The notes beneath the pieces are model-generated. The model had not been told where the DNA came from. It did not search any database and saw nothing but the letters and a program-made list of their open reading frames with translations. The position numbers and the translations under genes are program-made. A stretch of DNA of 64,000 nt, from the NCBI GenBank assembly GCA_051294375.1, contig CM119271.1:16558681-16622680 (forward strand), in the 5' to 3' direction. Position 1 is the stretch's first letter. The number at the start of each line of letters is the position of its first letter. The DNA is from Paraspadella gotoi. Its lineage: Eukaryota; Animalia; Chaetognatha. Shown here in pieces: positions 13,554 through 26,120 of this stretch.

Positions 13554-13955
13554 TTAAATAACTAATCCCCTCGTTTCAAACCTCGCATCATAGATCCCGA
13601 CTTTTTTAGAAATTTGACCAAGCTTGCTGCCCCCAACGACCAGAAACTTTGACCCAGTGATCGGGGTCATCGTTTGGGTGCAGATTGATCGCCCTATTCC
13701 CGTATCAGTCAGTCGACTCCAGGCTGCGGTCTTCATCTCAAGGGAGAAAAAACCCTCGGCAATTTCTTCTCCACAGATTCCACCGTGGAGAAAAACCTTG
13801 GTTCTGAGCCGGGCCACGCCAAAGTTGGCTCTGGGAGAGGGAGGTGTACCGGATGTCTCCGGCAGGGAAAAGTTGTTGGGCCCTGGATCATAGCGGAGCA
13901 ATTGGTTGTTGGCAAAGCGGCCTGGTTGCCCTTCCCATTGAGACCAGTCGCCGCC
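13554..13955 (-). CDS. Exon 3 of the NLR-like gene: further Kelch repeats (a further 3' exon is possible)
   Basis: Acceptor TTTTTTGTACCCCGTCTCCAG|GGC at 13956/13955 (phase 0), in frame with ORF 13554..13901: GGDWSQWEGQPGRFANNQLLRYDP..PPSPRANFG..VFLHGG..W..FLVVGG..IYDA. TAA at 13556-13554. Confidence 0.85.
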   Translation of the reverse strand, partial: GGDWSQWEGQPGRFANNQLLRYDPGPNNFSLPETSGTPPSPRANFGVARLRTKVFLHGGICGEEIAEGFFSLEMKTAAWSRLTDTGIGRSICTQTMTPITGSKFLVVGGSKLGQISKKVGIYDARFETRGLVI

Positions 13956-14105
13956 CTGGAGACGGGGTACAAAAAAGGTTGTCTTTAGTTTTTAAAAATA
14001 CATATACTCACATATCTCGTACTACAAGCACACTTCAATAAAATTCTTTGATAAAATCAATTTTTTCAATATATCTATCACTATTTACTTTTTTAAATGT
14101 GCTAC

Positions 14106-14629
14106 CTGGAGAAATCCTGCAAATGTGAGTCCAAGCTTTGGCCCACAGCCACCAAAATAGTACAAAGCACCTTCATATTCCCAGCCACAAAGGTGGCTTC
14201 TTGGAGCTGGGAGTTGGCCAACGGGATTGATCTTTTCAAACCTCCCTGTTAGATCGAGGGTATAAAGCTTATTGGAAGCTTTGCCCTCAGCAAGCCCACC
14301 AAATAGGTAGATGGATTCTTTAGTTGCAACGCCTATGGCTGAGGTTGTTGGCGGTGGCACATCGCCTGATGCTTTGATTCGTTGCCAAGAGTTGTCCTTT
14401 GGATCCATGACAAAAAGGTCAACAGGTAGAAAAAAAAGTGCTCCATTTGGCTGCTCTTGATATCCTCCCCAAATATAAATCTTTCCCTTGAAGGAAACTG
14501 CGATTATCCCGACGCCAATCGGGAATCGATTTGCTGTCGCGTGATGCGAGCGGAAGATCGGAGGAGCCTCAACCAATTCCACTGGAATAGGATCAGGCAG
14601 CCGAATGGTCCGTGCATGGAAAGTTGAAC
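14106..14629 (-). CDS. Exon 2 of the NLR-like gene: Kelch repeats
   Basis: Acceptor TTTTAAG|GT at 14630/14629 gives G-STFHARTIRLPDPIPVELVEAPP, in frame with ORF 14085..14582. Kelch signatures RSHHA..KIYIWGG..LFVMDP..W, IYLFGG, PAPRSH..LYYFGG. Donor CAG|GTAGCA at 14106/14105 (phase 0). Confidence 0.88.
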
Positions 14630-14686
14630 CTTAAAATTTAAAATTTATAAATAATTACACTAAAGTATCATTGTTCATATCTTTAC

Positions 14687-17222
14687 CTTTGAGGCAAATC
14701 ATGGGCATTCTTAGAATAAATGTGGAGTTTCCTGTAGCATGTTCTTGAACCGTGAAACTATCCTTTTCGTGCAAGCACAAAAAAAAGAAATCGTCAGAAA
14801 TAAAAAAAATTTTATGGATGTAAAACAACTCTTCATGGGGCCAACTTTGCTCTGAAAATGTATACTCTGCCACAAAAGCAAATTGAGCTAATTTCTTGAC
14901 AAGTTTACGAGGTAAGGCGCACAAAGTACAGAATGTAGCCACTAAATGTGATCTTAAATGCTCGTAAAACTCCTGGTTTATTTTGTTTTGCAGAATAGTC
15001 ACTTCTTCTGGAGAAAAAAAAGATTCTCCCCTTGTCTGGACATATCTTATGACCTCAGATGCCATGAGTATGCATGATGATTTTTTAATTACAATTTTTA
15101 TCATCTGAACTATGATTTGCCAGCATCTCCATCTTGTGAACGATTTGGAAGAATCAAAAATGTATTTCACATATTCTACAAACGCGGTGGATGAGTGTTT
15201 CTTCTTAAACATATCCTTAAGTAACAAGGTTGAAGCGCACCTCAATACATTGATATGCTTTTGCCCAATGTTTGAGCGAACAACCTCTTTACCAATTGGT
15301 GAAGAATTCGTGATGAGGAAAATACCAATGATAAGTTCCTCCAATTTTTTGTCAATGACATAAAAGGAAGACCATGATTTAGTTCCTTGGTCAACCACAA
15401 CTTGATGTAGTATGGCCAGCCTGCAAGCGATACTAGCTTGGTCTTGTGTAAGCGACTTCTCCAGCTTTTCATAAAATCTATCCTCAGATATATAAAAATC
15501 ACTTCTCAGAAATACTTTGCCAAGGGCAGCCAGGATACGAATATTTTCAGTGAGAAGCACCATCGTGCCTCTTCTGTACAATTTATCCATATCCTCTCCC
15601 AAACGACCAATTTCTTGTTTGATCGTCATGGCCAGAATGTGAAGGAAGCCCCCCAGCTCATCTGAGATTGTTCTGTCATCAAAAATCGCGCAAATCATAA
15701 CTAGAAACATTGGAAAAGTCATTAAGTTGATCATGGAGGAACTGCTTTTGTACTTTTGTCTAATTGCTTCACGTTTTTTATCCTGGTCATCGCAAAACTG
15801 AAAACGATTCACAAATTCTAAACTGTGGTCTTTGGATAAAGGCGCAATAGTAAACTCTGTCACATCAGCCACAATTCCTTTGAGCAAGTCTCTGGATTTT
15901 GGTCGAGTGAGAAACAAAAAAGAACTGCTGCCAAAGACCGATGAACCAGAAATGTTTTTCCGTAGAAAATTCCTAGCAATGGGTTTGGATGAACAATCAT
16001 CCAACCCATCAAGTATCCAGAGCAAGTTTGATGACTTATTGATCAACGTTTCATGCAAGTTGCTGTAATTTTCTAAATGATGGTGTTGAATAATAATATT
16101 TTCAAACAAATCCTTTGAAAAATCGAGATGTTTAATCATTAAGTGGAAAACCATGAAAAAGCTCGTCAAGCATTCATCATTGGCCCATTTGTAGGTTATG
16201 TTTTTGGCAACTGTGGTTTTTCCAAAGCCACCATTGGCACAGATCAGCAGTTTTAGACTTTTTTGATTTTCAATCTCGGACACGAGACCCTGGAAAAAGC
16301 AGTCAATTGTCGTTGTGCTTTCCAGCCTTGGTTTCCAAGTGGTTTTTCCCAAAACTTCATCATCATCGTCACTATCCTCATCGAGGCAAAGATTTTGCTT
16401 TTCCATTTCATTGGTAATTTTTTTGAAACCAACGTCAATGTAATCTTTGGATACGTCCAGCTGTTGCCTCGATCCTGGCACGTAGAAGATCTTGCACATT
16501 TGCTTCACATCTTCTTTGAAATCCTTTGACATTTCCGCAGAATCTTTGAACTCTTTGCTTTTTCTTGATGGTACCTGATTCAAAGGATACAGCGTCTTTA
16601 AATTTTGATGCGATAATCCTTTCCTTAGCTGAGGCGCTTTTTCTCTCTTCATAAAATTTTCAAAATCTGTGTTGTACATTTCTAAGAGAAGCGCATAAAT
16701 TTGTTCCATTCGATCCTGGTTATGAATTTCTTCCAGAAGAAGTTTGGTCAAATATTCCTCCCACTTTTGGCGAATATCAGGATAATCTTGGAACAGTTCC
16801 CGACAAATGACGACAATCTCGCCAAAGGCAACAACAAAGTTCAAAACATTCATCTCCTTAACGTTTGTATGGGCGTATTCGTTCCGTTTGTCCTTCAGCT
16901 TCTTTAGAAGTTCCAGGTTTTTCACGAACTTTTGCAGAACGTGATAAAGGAAAGTAACGTCGGCTTGGTCCAAATCGGGAACGTCTTCGCCTTCGAATTT
17001 GATGGTCGACATTTTGTTGGCGAACCTGAACTTCTTGATGTGCTCGATGTTCTCCACGCACCACTTTTTCCACAATTCCCCGTCTTCCCATGGTTGCTCT
17101 GTGTGACGAGGGAGTTCGACTTGGACCAAGTCTTTGAGGATCAAGGGACTTCCCTCAAACGAAAATTGCAAGAGTTTCAGATGAAATAATTTGTTGGAGG
17201 CGAGTGGATTCTTGTCCGTCAT
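14687..17222 (-). CDS. Exon 1 of an NLR/STAND-like gene: N-terminal DZIP3/hRUL138-like HEPN domain, NACHT NTPase and helical domains
   Basis: 855-aa open frame in otherwise non-coding DNA. HEPN R-X4-H motif 'KLKDKRNEYAH' (aa 113-118, nt 16886-16869) preceded by 'DLDQADVTFLYHVL'. Walker A 'ICANGGFGKTT', Walker B 'LLWILDGLDD', sensor-1 'FLFLTRP', and 'FPMFLVMIC' motif typical of NACHT. Donor AAAG|GTAAAG at 14687/14686 (phase 1). Confidence 0.9.
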
Positions 17223-17911
17223 GATGGAAGCTCTGTCGTGATAAGAGTGGTCATAGGAAAGTCGATGCGCAAAATATACTTTTCATTACACATATGTATC
17301 CAATATCAAATTGAAACCGAAGAAAAATGTAATGATTCAACTAGGTAGAAGATAAATATTTTCATTGTATTCATTCAGTACATTTAGTATTATCATAATG
17401 ATACAAACTGTCAATTTAAAAGCAACAACACATTTTAAAAACCATCCAATTTAAGTTAAAGCTACAAAATTATTAAAAATGAAGAATTATGTTCTTTTCT
17501 TTATTTTAACTTGGTTCCGCCTCCCAAATTTTTTGGTAGATAAGTAAAAATAAATAAGTAAAAGATCAAATGTTTAAGATAAGTGATAAGAGGTCATCAT
17601 AACTTTTGTGCCGAGTCTCACAACCTTGGACTAAGTAGTGGTCGATCTTATCAAATGCACTTTGACTTTCAGTTTAATTTTAAGTTCTCTGAAAGATTTT
17701 GATTAAAGAATTAACATTAACATTAACAATCGGTTATATTGTTAATCATTTAAGAATAAAAAATGGGTTAAGAAATAAGAAGATTGGTTATAACGAAATT
17801 TCCTTTTCAATGACTCTACTAAAAACTTTCTTTACATTGCGTGATTTCAGATTAAGAAGGGGAGAGAGAAAAAGAGAAAGAGAGAGAAAAAGAGCGAGTA
17901 CTAGAGACAAG

Positions 17912-17967
<56 letters not shown>

Positions 17968-18351
17968 GAAAAAAATTAGTGAAGAGTCTGGAAAGAAAGA
18001 GGGGCCGAGAGGCGGTCGTCTTAATCAAAACCCTTTTATCATTGCGGACTCAGCATTAAGTATTCATGGTCATTAATTGGAAGGTCTCTGTGGGGGACAA
18101 GGGGGTGATAAAGGAAAGGAAGGAAAGGAAGGAAAAAAAGGAAAAAGAGGAAAGAAAGAAAAGTGAAAAAAATAAAGGATGAAGAGGGATGATAAACAAA
18201 AGAGAAGACTAAAAAAGGTGGGGTCTGGAGGGGCTTGATAAAAAGAAGAGAAGATTTAAAAAGGTGGGGTCTGGAGGGGCTTGCTAAATTATAGAAAGGA
18301 TCTTGAAGGGAGATTTAAAAAGTTTGATCTGGAGGAAAATGAAAAAAAATA

Positions 18352-18665
18352 AGCTCTCTTTTCCGAGAGTGCTCCATTTCTGTTCGTTTATCCCAGAATT
18401 TAATTTTAACCTCAAGAGATAACCTAAATATATTTTTGAACTTATAGACAAATCCTTAAATCTAACTGTAATCCTTTTTCCTAATCCTGAACCCTACTCC
18501 TGCACCCTAATCCTGAACCCTTATCCCTAATTTTTTAACCTTAACCTCTAAACCTTAACAATAGTCCTTAACCCAAATCCATAACTCTAATGAAGAACCA
18601 AATCCCTAACCTTAATCACTAACCTAATCCCTAAATAAAATGGGGCATCCAGTGAAAATAAGGTT
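18352..18665 (-). mobile_element. Inverted copy of the telomere-core MITE
   Basis: GCTCTCTTTTCCGAGAGTGCTCC ... CCCTAA-like core ... GGGGCATCCAGTGAAAATAAGG termini. Confidence 0.65.
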
Positions 18666-18789
18666 AAAAAGGCTTGGGTCTGGAGGGAGACAAATAAAAT
18701 AGACTTTGGGTCTAGCGGAGGAGGATAAAAAAAGACTTGTGGGTCTTGAGGGTTGAGGTCTTGTGGTCTTGAGGTCTTGAGGGGTGTCG

Positions 18790-18890
18790 GTAAAAATATT
18801 TGGGATCTGGAAGGGGGTGATAAAAAAATTTGGGATCTGGAAGGGGGTGATAAAAATATTTGGGATCTAGAAGGGGGTGATAAAAAAAGG
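18790..18890. repeat. 30-bp tandem repeat, ~3 copies
   Basis: TAAAAA(A/T)ATTTGGGATCTGGAAGGGGGTGA units. Confidence 0.85.
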
Positions 18891-19758
18891 CTGGCAACGA
18901 CGAAAAACGGATTATTGCGCCACAAGAGAATTCCGGAGGCTGAAAGAAATGTGAGGAGGAAGAGGGTGAAGAGGAGGACAAAGAGGAGAAAGAGGAGGAG
19001 GAAGAAGAGGAGGAGCGAGAAGAGGAAGAGGAAGAAGAGGAGGAGGTAAAGGAAGAAGATGAAGAGGAAGAAAAGAAAGAGGAGGAAGAAGAGGAAAAGG
19101 AGGAAGAGAAAGAGGAGGAAGAGAAGGAGGAGGAAGAGGAAGAAGAAGGGAAGAGGAGGAAAAAGAAGAGGAAGAGGAGGAGGAAGAGGATGAAGAAAAT
19201 GAAGAGGAGGAGGAAGATGAGGGAGAAGAGGAGGATACATAAAGAGCGAAACTCTAGCAAATGATGGAGAAGAAATTGATGCGGAAGGACAAAGAATGAA
19301 TGCTGGGGAACAGATTTTGATGGAGTCGGCGACGGAAATGATGTGAACGATGGAGAAAGGATGGACATTGTGACATTGATTTGGGCAAGGAGGAAACATG
19401 GTGACATGATTTGGGCAAGGCGGAAACATGTTGACAATGATCCATACATAATGATGTACACGCTGATGCCGAAAAAAATAACTCGAAGCCGCAAATGACT
19501 ACTTACTATTGACCACTGACCATACCAGTCTTCACCAAGATTTTAGTCACCCTAAGTTAGGGCCTAACACTGGATGCAGTTTCCACTGGCAAATCGAATG
19601 GAGCTTTCTCTAGAAATGAGGGAGAGACAGCTTTTCAGTCAAGTCAGCGATTTCGCTGAGACTCAGTCTCACTTTTCTGGAATCAAAACTGAAAATGTCT
19701 TCGTCGTTGGGATACTTTTTTCGCTCCACGTGATTTTAAAAGTTTTTGACGCGATAGA

Positions 19759-19809
<51 letters not shown>

Positions 19810-20007
19810 TGAAGGAGGGAGTGAGGGAGAGAGGAAAAGAGAGAGGGAGAGGGATTTAACCAAGATATGCCTCGCCCCCTCAATTAATCCCGTTTAGTAT
19901 CTTTGTTACTTTAGCTTCTCCGTGAAATTCAAATGCCAGAGAAAGGAAAGAAGAGAAAGAGAAGTTATATGTAGAAAAGAGAGGGAGAGACAGAAAAGGA
20001 AAGTAGA

Positions 20008-20053
<46 letters not shown>

Positions 20054-20129
20054 CTTCTTCGGCGTCTTTACAATAGACAAACAGGGTTAAAAGAGAAAAA
20101 AAAAGAGCTGACGATAGGTGGCCCTGTTT

Positions 20130-20196
<67 letters not shown>

Positions 20197-21241
20197 TTAA
20201 GAAAAAAAGAGCAACGCTTCACGATTTTGACTTTTAATGTTTTTTCTTTCTTTTGATGAAATTATTAGATGGTGAAGAAGGAGGGGACGGCAGAAGGAAG
20301 GGAGAGGAAGGGAAGGTGATAAGAGGGAGGGGAAGGGAGAAGGAGAGGGAGAGGAGGGAAGGGATAAGAGAGAGGAAGGAAGGCAGAAGTAGAGAGGGAG
20401 AGGGAGGGGAGAAAGGGATAAAGAGGGAGGGGAAGGAGAAGGAGGAAGGGAGAAGGAGGGAAAGGGGATAAGAGGGAGGAGACGGAAAGAAGGAGAAGGG
20501 AAGAGGAGGGGAAGGGGATAAGAGGGAGGGGAAGGGAGAAGGAAGAGGAGAGGAGGGGAGGGGGATAAGGGGGAGAGGGAAGGGAGAAGGAGAGGGAAGA
20601 GAGGGAGAAGGAAGGGGATAAGAGAGGGAAGGGAGAGGAAAGAAGGAGAGGGAGAGGGAGGGGGAGGGAAAAGAGGAGGGGAAAGGGAGAAGGAGAGGGA
20701 GAGGGGGAGGGGAAGGGGATAAGAGGGAGGGGAATGGGAAGGAGAGGGAGTGGAGGGGAAGGGGATAAAGGGAGGGGAATGGGAAGGAGAGGAGAGGAGG
20801 GGAAAGGGATAAGAGGGAGGAGACGGAAGAAGGATAGGGAGAGGAGGGGAAGGGGATAAGAGGGAGGGGAATGGAGAAGGAGGGAAGGGGATAGAAAGGG
20901 GAGGATAGGGGAGGATAGGGGAAGGGATAGAAGGAAGGATAGGGGGAGGATAGAAGGGGAGGATAGGGGAGGACGTGATTGGAATTAACAATATTTTCTA
21001 AGGCGTTTTGGTAAAGATGACAGTTATTAATATGTTGTTGTTTATGTATTTATGTATTAATGTTTTATGTATTAATATGTATTAATTATTAATTGATTTG
21101 TTATTTGGTTATTTATGTAATTTATGTTTGTTTATTTAAATTTTCTATACCCTACATTTCATCTCTTTTCTCCTCTTTTTTCCTTTTTCCCTCCTCCCTA
21201 CTATCTCTCTCTCTCCCCCTCTCACTCTCTCTCTCTCTCAG

Positions 21242-24131
21242 TCGGTCGACGTCGAACCTTTTGCTCTTTTCTCTGATTCTCCGATTTCTTGGAAAAGCGG
21301 AGTGAGAGAGGAACTGGAGGAAGGGTTGCTGAACAGGTGAGAGGGAGAGAGGGAGGAATGGAGGGAGAAAGAAAGAGAGAAGAGGAAAAGAGGAAGTAGA
21401 GGGAGAGAGAGAAGAGACAGATTATATCTTAATATAAGGAGGGGTTGCCAATTTGGAGAAAGGACAGAAAAAAGAGAGAGAGAGAGAGAAAGAAAGAGAG
21501 AGAGAGAGAGAGAAAGAAAGAAATAGAGAGAGAGAGAGCTCTCAACCAACTCCATCTCAATAATTCCTTCTTTTCTTCTTCCAGTTCTTTCTCTCCGTCA
21601 TCTTCTTTCTCTTCTCAATCAAACGACGATTTTCATTTTTACCAAATTCGGCCAAAGATCGAGAGACGAGAATCCGCCGGAAGATTCGACGGATCAGACG
21701 GACGTCCGGTTCAGGTGATTCCGGCTTGATCCTATATAGTTATAAATTTAACTTTAATTACAATTCTAAAAGTGAGGAACGAACAACATTATACTAATGA
21801 CTAATAATGTATAAAAAATTTGATAATTAATTTTACAATATATGCAGTAGGCCATATTTATACTAGTACTAATTCAATAAATATTAAAATTTCAAAATAG
21901 TTTTTTGTAAGATTTTTTTTGCAGATTTGGATTCGTCATGAAAAGTTGATATAAAGAAATATAAATCTTTTTTAAAAATTATTTCATTAAGTTGATCAAA
22001 TATAAAAAAAACTTATACATATTTTAAACTGAAAATTAAAATTTTACATATTAAATAGAGTTTTTTTATTTTAAACCCACTTAATGAAATAATTTTTAAG
22101 AATGATTTATATTTTCTGTTATTAATTTTTAACGAGGAATTCAAATCTGCAATCAAAATTAAGAAAAGCCTATTTTGAAATTTTTCGATTTTATAAATAT
22201 AGCCTACTGCGAAAATTAAAAAAAACATAAAATTATTTTTTTTTACAAATTAATTTTCACTGATGGTATGTTATTCATAATTGACATTTAGAATTATTGT
22301 ATGTAACTTTCACTACGCCCTACCGCTCAGTGCCGGACCGGATGTCGCGGCTCCGCCCAGTGCCGGACCGGGTCACGCAAAGCCCCTCAGTGCCGGAAGA
22401 TGCCGGAAATTCACGTGTCTCGCGTCGGCAGAAAATCGGCGCCGTCGTTTCTGCCGGAACCGCAGTTCAACTCTTTGGGTAAAAACGAGGAGAGGATTTT
22501 TTTATGTCAATTCGATTGGTTATACGGATGGATCCCTCTGTCTGACTGTTTGTCCTTCTGTCCATCGATCCATCTGTCTGTCTGACTGTTTGTCCTTCTG
22601 TCAATCGATCCATCTGTCTGCCCTAAAGTCAACCTTTCTATTTGTCTGTTCGTTAGTCAATCTTTTAAATGATTCCCCAGTCTTTCAATCTGGTTTTATG
22701 AATTTATTGTTCGTGTCTCTCTGTCCGTTAGTCTGTCTAACTGTCTATCTGTCTATCACTTAGATGATCGTCCCTTAATATGTTTGTCTTTTTGTCCATC
22801 TGTCTGTATATCCGTCTCTCTGTAAGTCCGTCTTTACTTTTTAAAATACTTATTTTTAAACACACTCACTCTTCCTTCACTCACCTTTTCTTCCTCCTCA
22901 CCCACCGGCCCGCTTAACTCCCGAGTTCCCCTTCAATTCGTTCCGACTTCACCGCCTTCACCGTCTCGTCCGCCCGACGCCGTCGACGTCTCCACCATCG
23001 AGTTGGAGAATTCGACGAAACGCTTCAGCCTTCAGTCGGCCATCCTCAGCAGGGATCGTCAGGGGAATCCTCCGCCGTGTATTCCTTATTGTAATAGGTA
23101 ATGGAGAAGGAGAAGGAAGTGAGGTAGTGTTGAGTCGGGCAGAGAGAGAGAGAGGAAGGAGTCTTTCTTTATTTCTTTCTTACTCTCTATTTATTGTTCT
23201 TTCACTTCCTTTCTCTCCTTCTCTCCTCTTTCTTTTCTCTCTCTCTCTGTCTTTCCTCTCTCTCTCTGTCTTTCTCTAACTCTCCCGTTTTTTCTTTCTT
23301 TCTCCTTCACTTTCTTTTTCTCTTTTCTTTAATTGATTGATTGATTTTGCGTGATATATTTAGTTAATGAATAATTTGGGTTGATTGGTGCATTGCCGCC
23401 TAATTATTTCTCTTGAGTGATTGATTGATTGAGTTCTTGATTATTAAACTTAGTACATACAAAAAATAACTAATTTCTTTATGATCTACATTACATTAGC
23501 CACACATCAAAGGATTAATCGGATCATGATAAAGTCAGCGTCACCCTCTCATCCATTTTTGAACGCGTCTCTCTCTCTCTCTCTCTTCGCTCTCCTTCCT
23601 CTCTCCTCTCTCTGCTTCTCTCTCTCTCTCTCTCTCATCTCCTCTCTCTCTCTCTTCTCTCTTTGCGTCGAGCTCTCTCTCACTCTCCTTTCTCTCTCTC
23701 ACTCTCTTCTCTCTCTTTTCTTCTCTCTCTCTCTCTCTCTCTCCTCTCTCTTCTCGTCTCTCTCTCTCTCTTCTTTCTCGCGCTCTCACCTACTGCCTCT
23801 CAACTCTCACTCCCGCGGCGCGCAAGAGAGAGAGTAGAGAGACAGACTCCCAGAGCCCGCGAGTTCTGATCGCAATCATATCAGGCAAATGAGGCCTAAT
23901 CACTTATGATCTCCTTCATATCTCGCTCTCTCTCTCTCTCTCTTCTGCTCTCTCTCTCTCTCTCTCTCTCTCTCGTTTCTCTGCGCTCTCTCCCTACTCT
24001 CCTCCACACTCTCACTCCCGCGCGCGCAGAGAGAGAGAGAGAGACAGACTCCCAGAGCCCGCGAGTTCTGACGCAATCATATCAGGCAAATGAGGCTATC
24101 ACTAATCACTTATGATCCTTCCATTATCTCG

Positions 24132-24187
<56 letters not shown>

Positions 24188-25648
24188 CTCTCTCTCTCTC
24201 TCCCTCTCACTCCCTCTCTCTCTCTCTCTGTCTCCCTCTCCCGCAGCCCTATCCCTCGCGGCGGGAGCTTGGGTCGAACGTTGGGCAGAGTTCGTTTTGC
24301 TTCGCCATTGTCGTTCCAAGTGGCACATTTTGGCGTGTGGTAGGTTTTCCACGTTGGGCCACGTTATGAAATTGGTACAACCAACATAAAAATTATCAAT
24401 TCATTCAATAAATAAGCTATTCTGTTTTGACTTTGGACAGGCTACGGTTGAGACAGAGAGAGAGAGATAGAGGGAGAGTGAGAAAGATTCTCATGATGAC
24501 AACAGATTTATGTGAGCAAAGAAAATAACGACGACAATGATGACTATGAAAAAATAGGTGCAACTAAAAATAAAATTATCTATTAATTAAATAAATAAGC
24601 TATCTTGACAGGCTCTGTTGGTTTAAGGCCTCCATCACTCTTACAGATAATGACATAGCAGGTCCCTGCAATCTTTCAATCAAGACTGTCTCACAGTCTC
24701 ATTTATTCTCTGCTCAGGAATGTTTCTATTTAAAAATAACACTCCCTTAAGTATTTGTCGGAGAATACTATATATTGTACTCCGCACTAGCATCAAAATA
24801 TTACAGTAAAGAGGGCTGCTCTTTTACTTTTATCCTAACTGGAATAAGTTTTTTTTTTGCTTGATAATTTGAGTGATTGCTGTAGATGAATAGTATCATT
24901 AATAATTTTCTAATTTTTAAATCGTGGCTGAAACCAACTTTAGGAAGTTCCTTCTGCTTAGATTTGATTAGGTCCTATTTACCACAAACTCAAAAGCTAA
25001 TATTCAATTTTTTAAAATTATCCAAAAAATTGGAATTCGTAAACAGGAATTTCCACTGTTTTTTCTAAAATATATGATTTACTTATGAACCGAAAAAATA
25101 CAATGAATAGATGGAAAATCTGCAAAATGACTAATTGAGAATGGAAATCCCACTGGACTAAGTTGTAATATTAAAATGCTTTTTTTTTTTTCGCCGTCAA
25201 AAAAGTAGTTAAACCTACTCTTAATAAGAGTCTTATTCTTTTCTCTTTACTGATCACTTTCCCTCAAAATTTCATTCTCTCAGTGAACAAAATTACCACC
25301 TAGGGACCCACCTCTCACTTCGCGCTTATCCCTTCAATCTCCCCCCTACTTTTCCACCATAACTCTGCCCTCCCGAAAAAATCATAGCCACCCCACGCCC
25401 TCTTTTTATTTTTCCACTCCACACCCCCTCTTTTTATTTTTTCATTCCACACCCCCTATTTTTATTTTTTTCATTCCACACCCCCGCTCTGTAATAAGCC
25501 GGCCGGGATACATTTCGATTCTTTTTTGAATGCGGGTCGACGTACGGCGACGACGACGACGACGACGACGATGCCGAAGATAATCACGACGAAGACTTTT
25601 CCAGAATGTAACCGATGCCGTTAATTTTTTGTCACACTCGAATTTCTC

Positions 25649-25684
<36 letters not shown>

Positions 25685-26120
25685 TAATTAGATCGATTGT
25701 TTTTGGCGGCTTAAAAGTCTCGCCCTAATTTTTTTTTTTAGCTTAAATTTTTGGGATTATTTTTGGGACGTTAGCTGAATAAGATACAAAAATAATATTT
25801 CCTATTGATTTTTGTTGGTAACAAGTATATTGAAAACAAATTAAAAATATAATATTTTGTAATGACGGATTAATGATAAAGTCGTGTCATGGTATTTGCA
25901 TTATTAGTCATAACCACCCTCGGCCGCAGAGTCGACAACAATTTCGAAAAATTACAAATATAATTTAAAATTCCGTTTGCCTTTTGTTCTACTCTAGGAT
26001 CCAGTTCCTCGGCCGACTCTCGTCTCGGCGACATCTGCCGTCGCCATCCCTCTCTCAGCCGATGCCTTCCTTCCCAAAAAACAAACGAGCAACAGGAGCG
26101 GTCGTACCGCCTTTTACTAA
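21242..26120 (+). other. Chain of candidate small exons of an unidentified gene (21242-21336, 21658-21714, ~22926/23029-23097, 24247-24339, 25998-~26120)
   Basis: GC-rich islands bounded by pyrimidine tract+AG and GT donors (AG|GTGAGA, AG|GTGATT, AG|GTAATG, TG|GTAGGT). Each has an open frame and the phases can be chained, but the reading frame is ambiguous and no domain is recognised. Confidence 0.35.
23773..24135. repeat. Local tandem duplication of a ~200-bp unit
   Basis: CTCACTCCCGCG..GACAGACTCCCAGAGCCCGCGAGTTCTGA..CAATCATATCAGGCAAATGAGGC occurs twice. Confidence 0.85.

Noticed and set aside
14655-17222. Bacterial contamination or horizontal transfer as the source of the intronless NACHT ORF
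   Set aside because: It is joined to downstream exons by canonical spliceosomal introns and flanked by host repeats; single-exon NACHT regions are normal in animals.
23060-23097. RasGEF-like 'NPPPCIPY' motif
   Set aside because: Flanking residues do not fit (CN instead of LG), the reading frame is ambiguous, and no other RasGEF exons were found.
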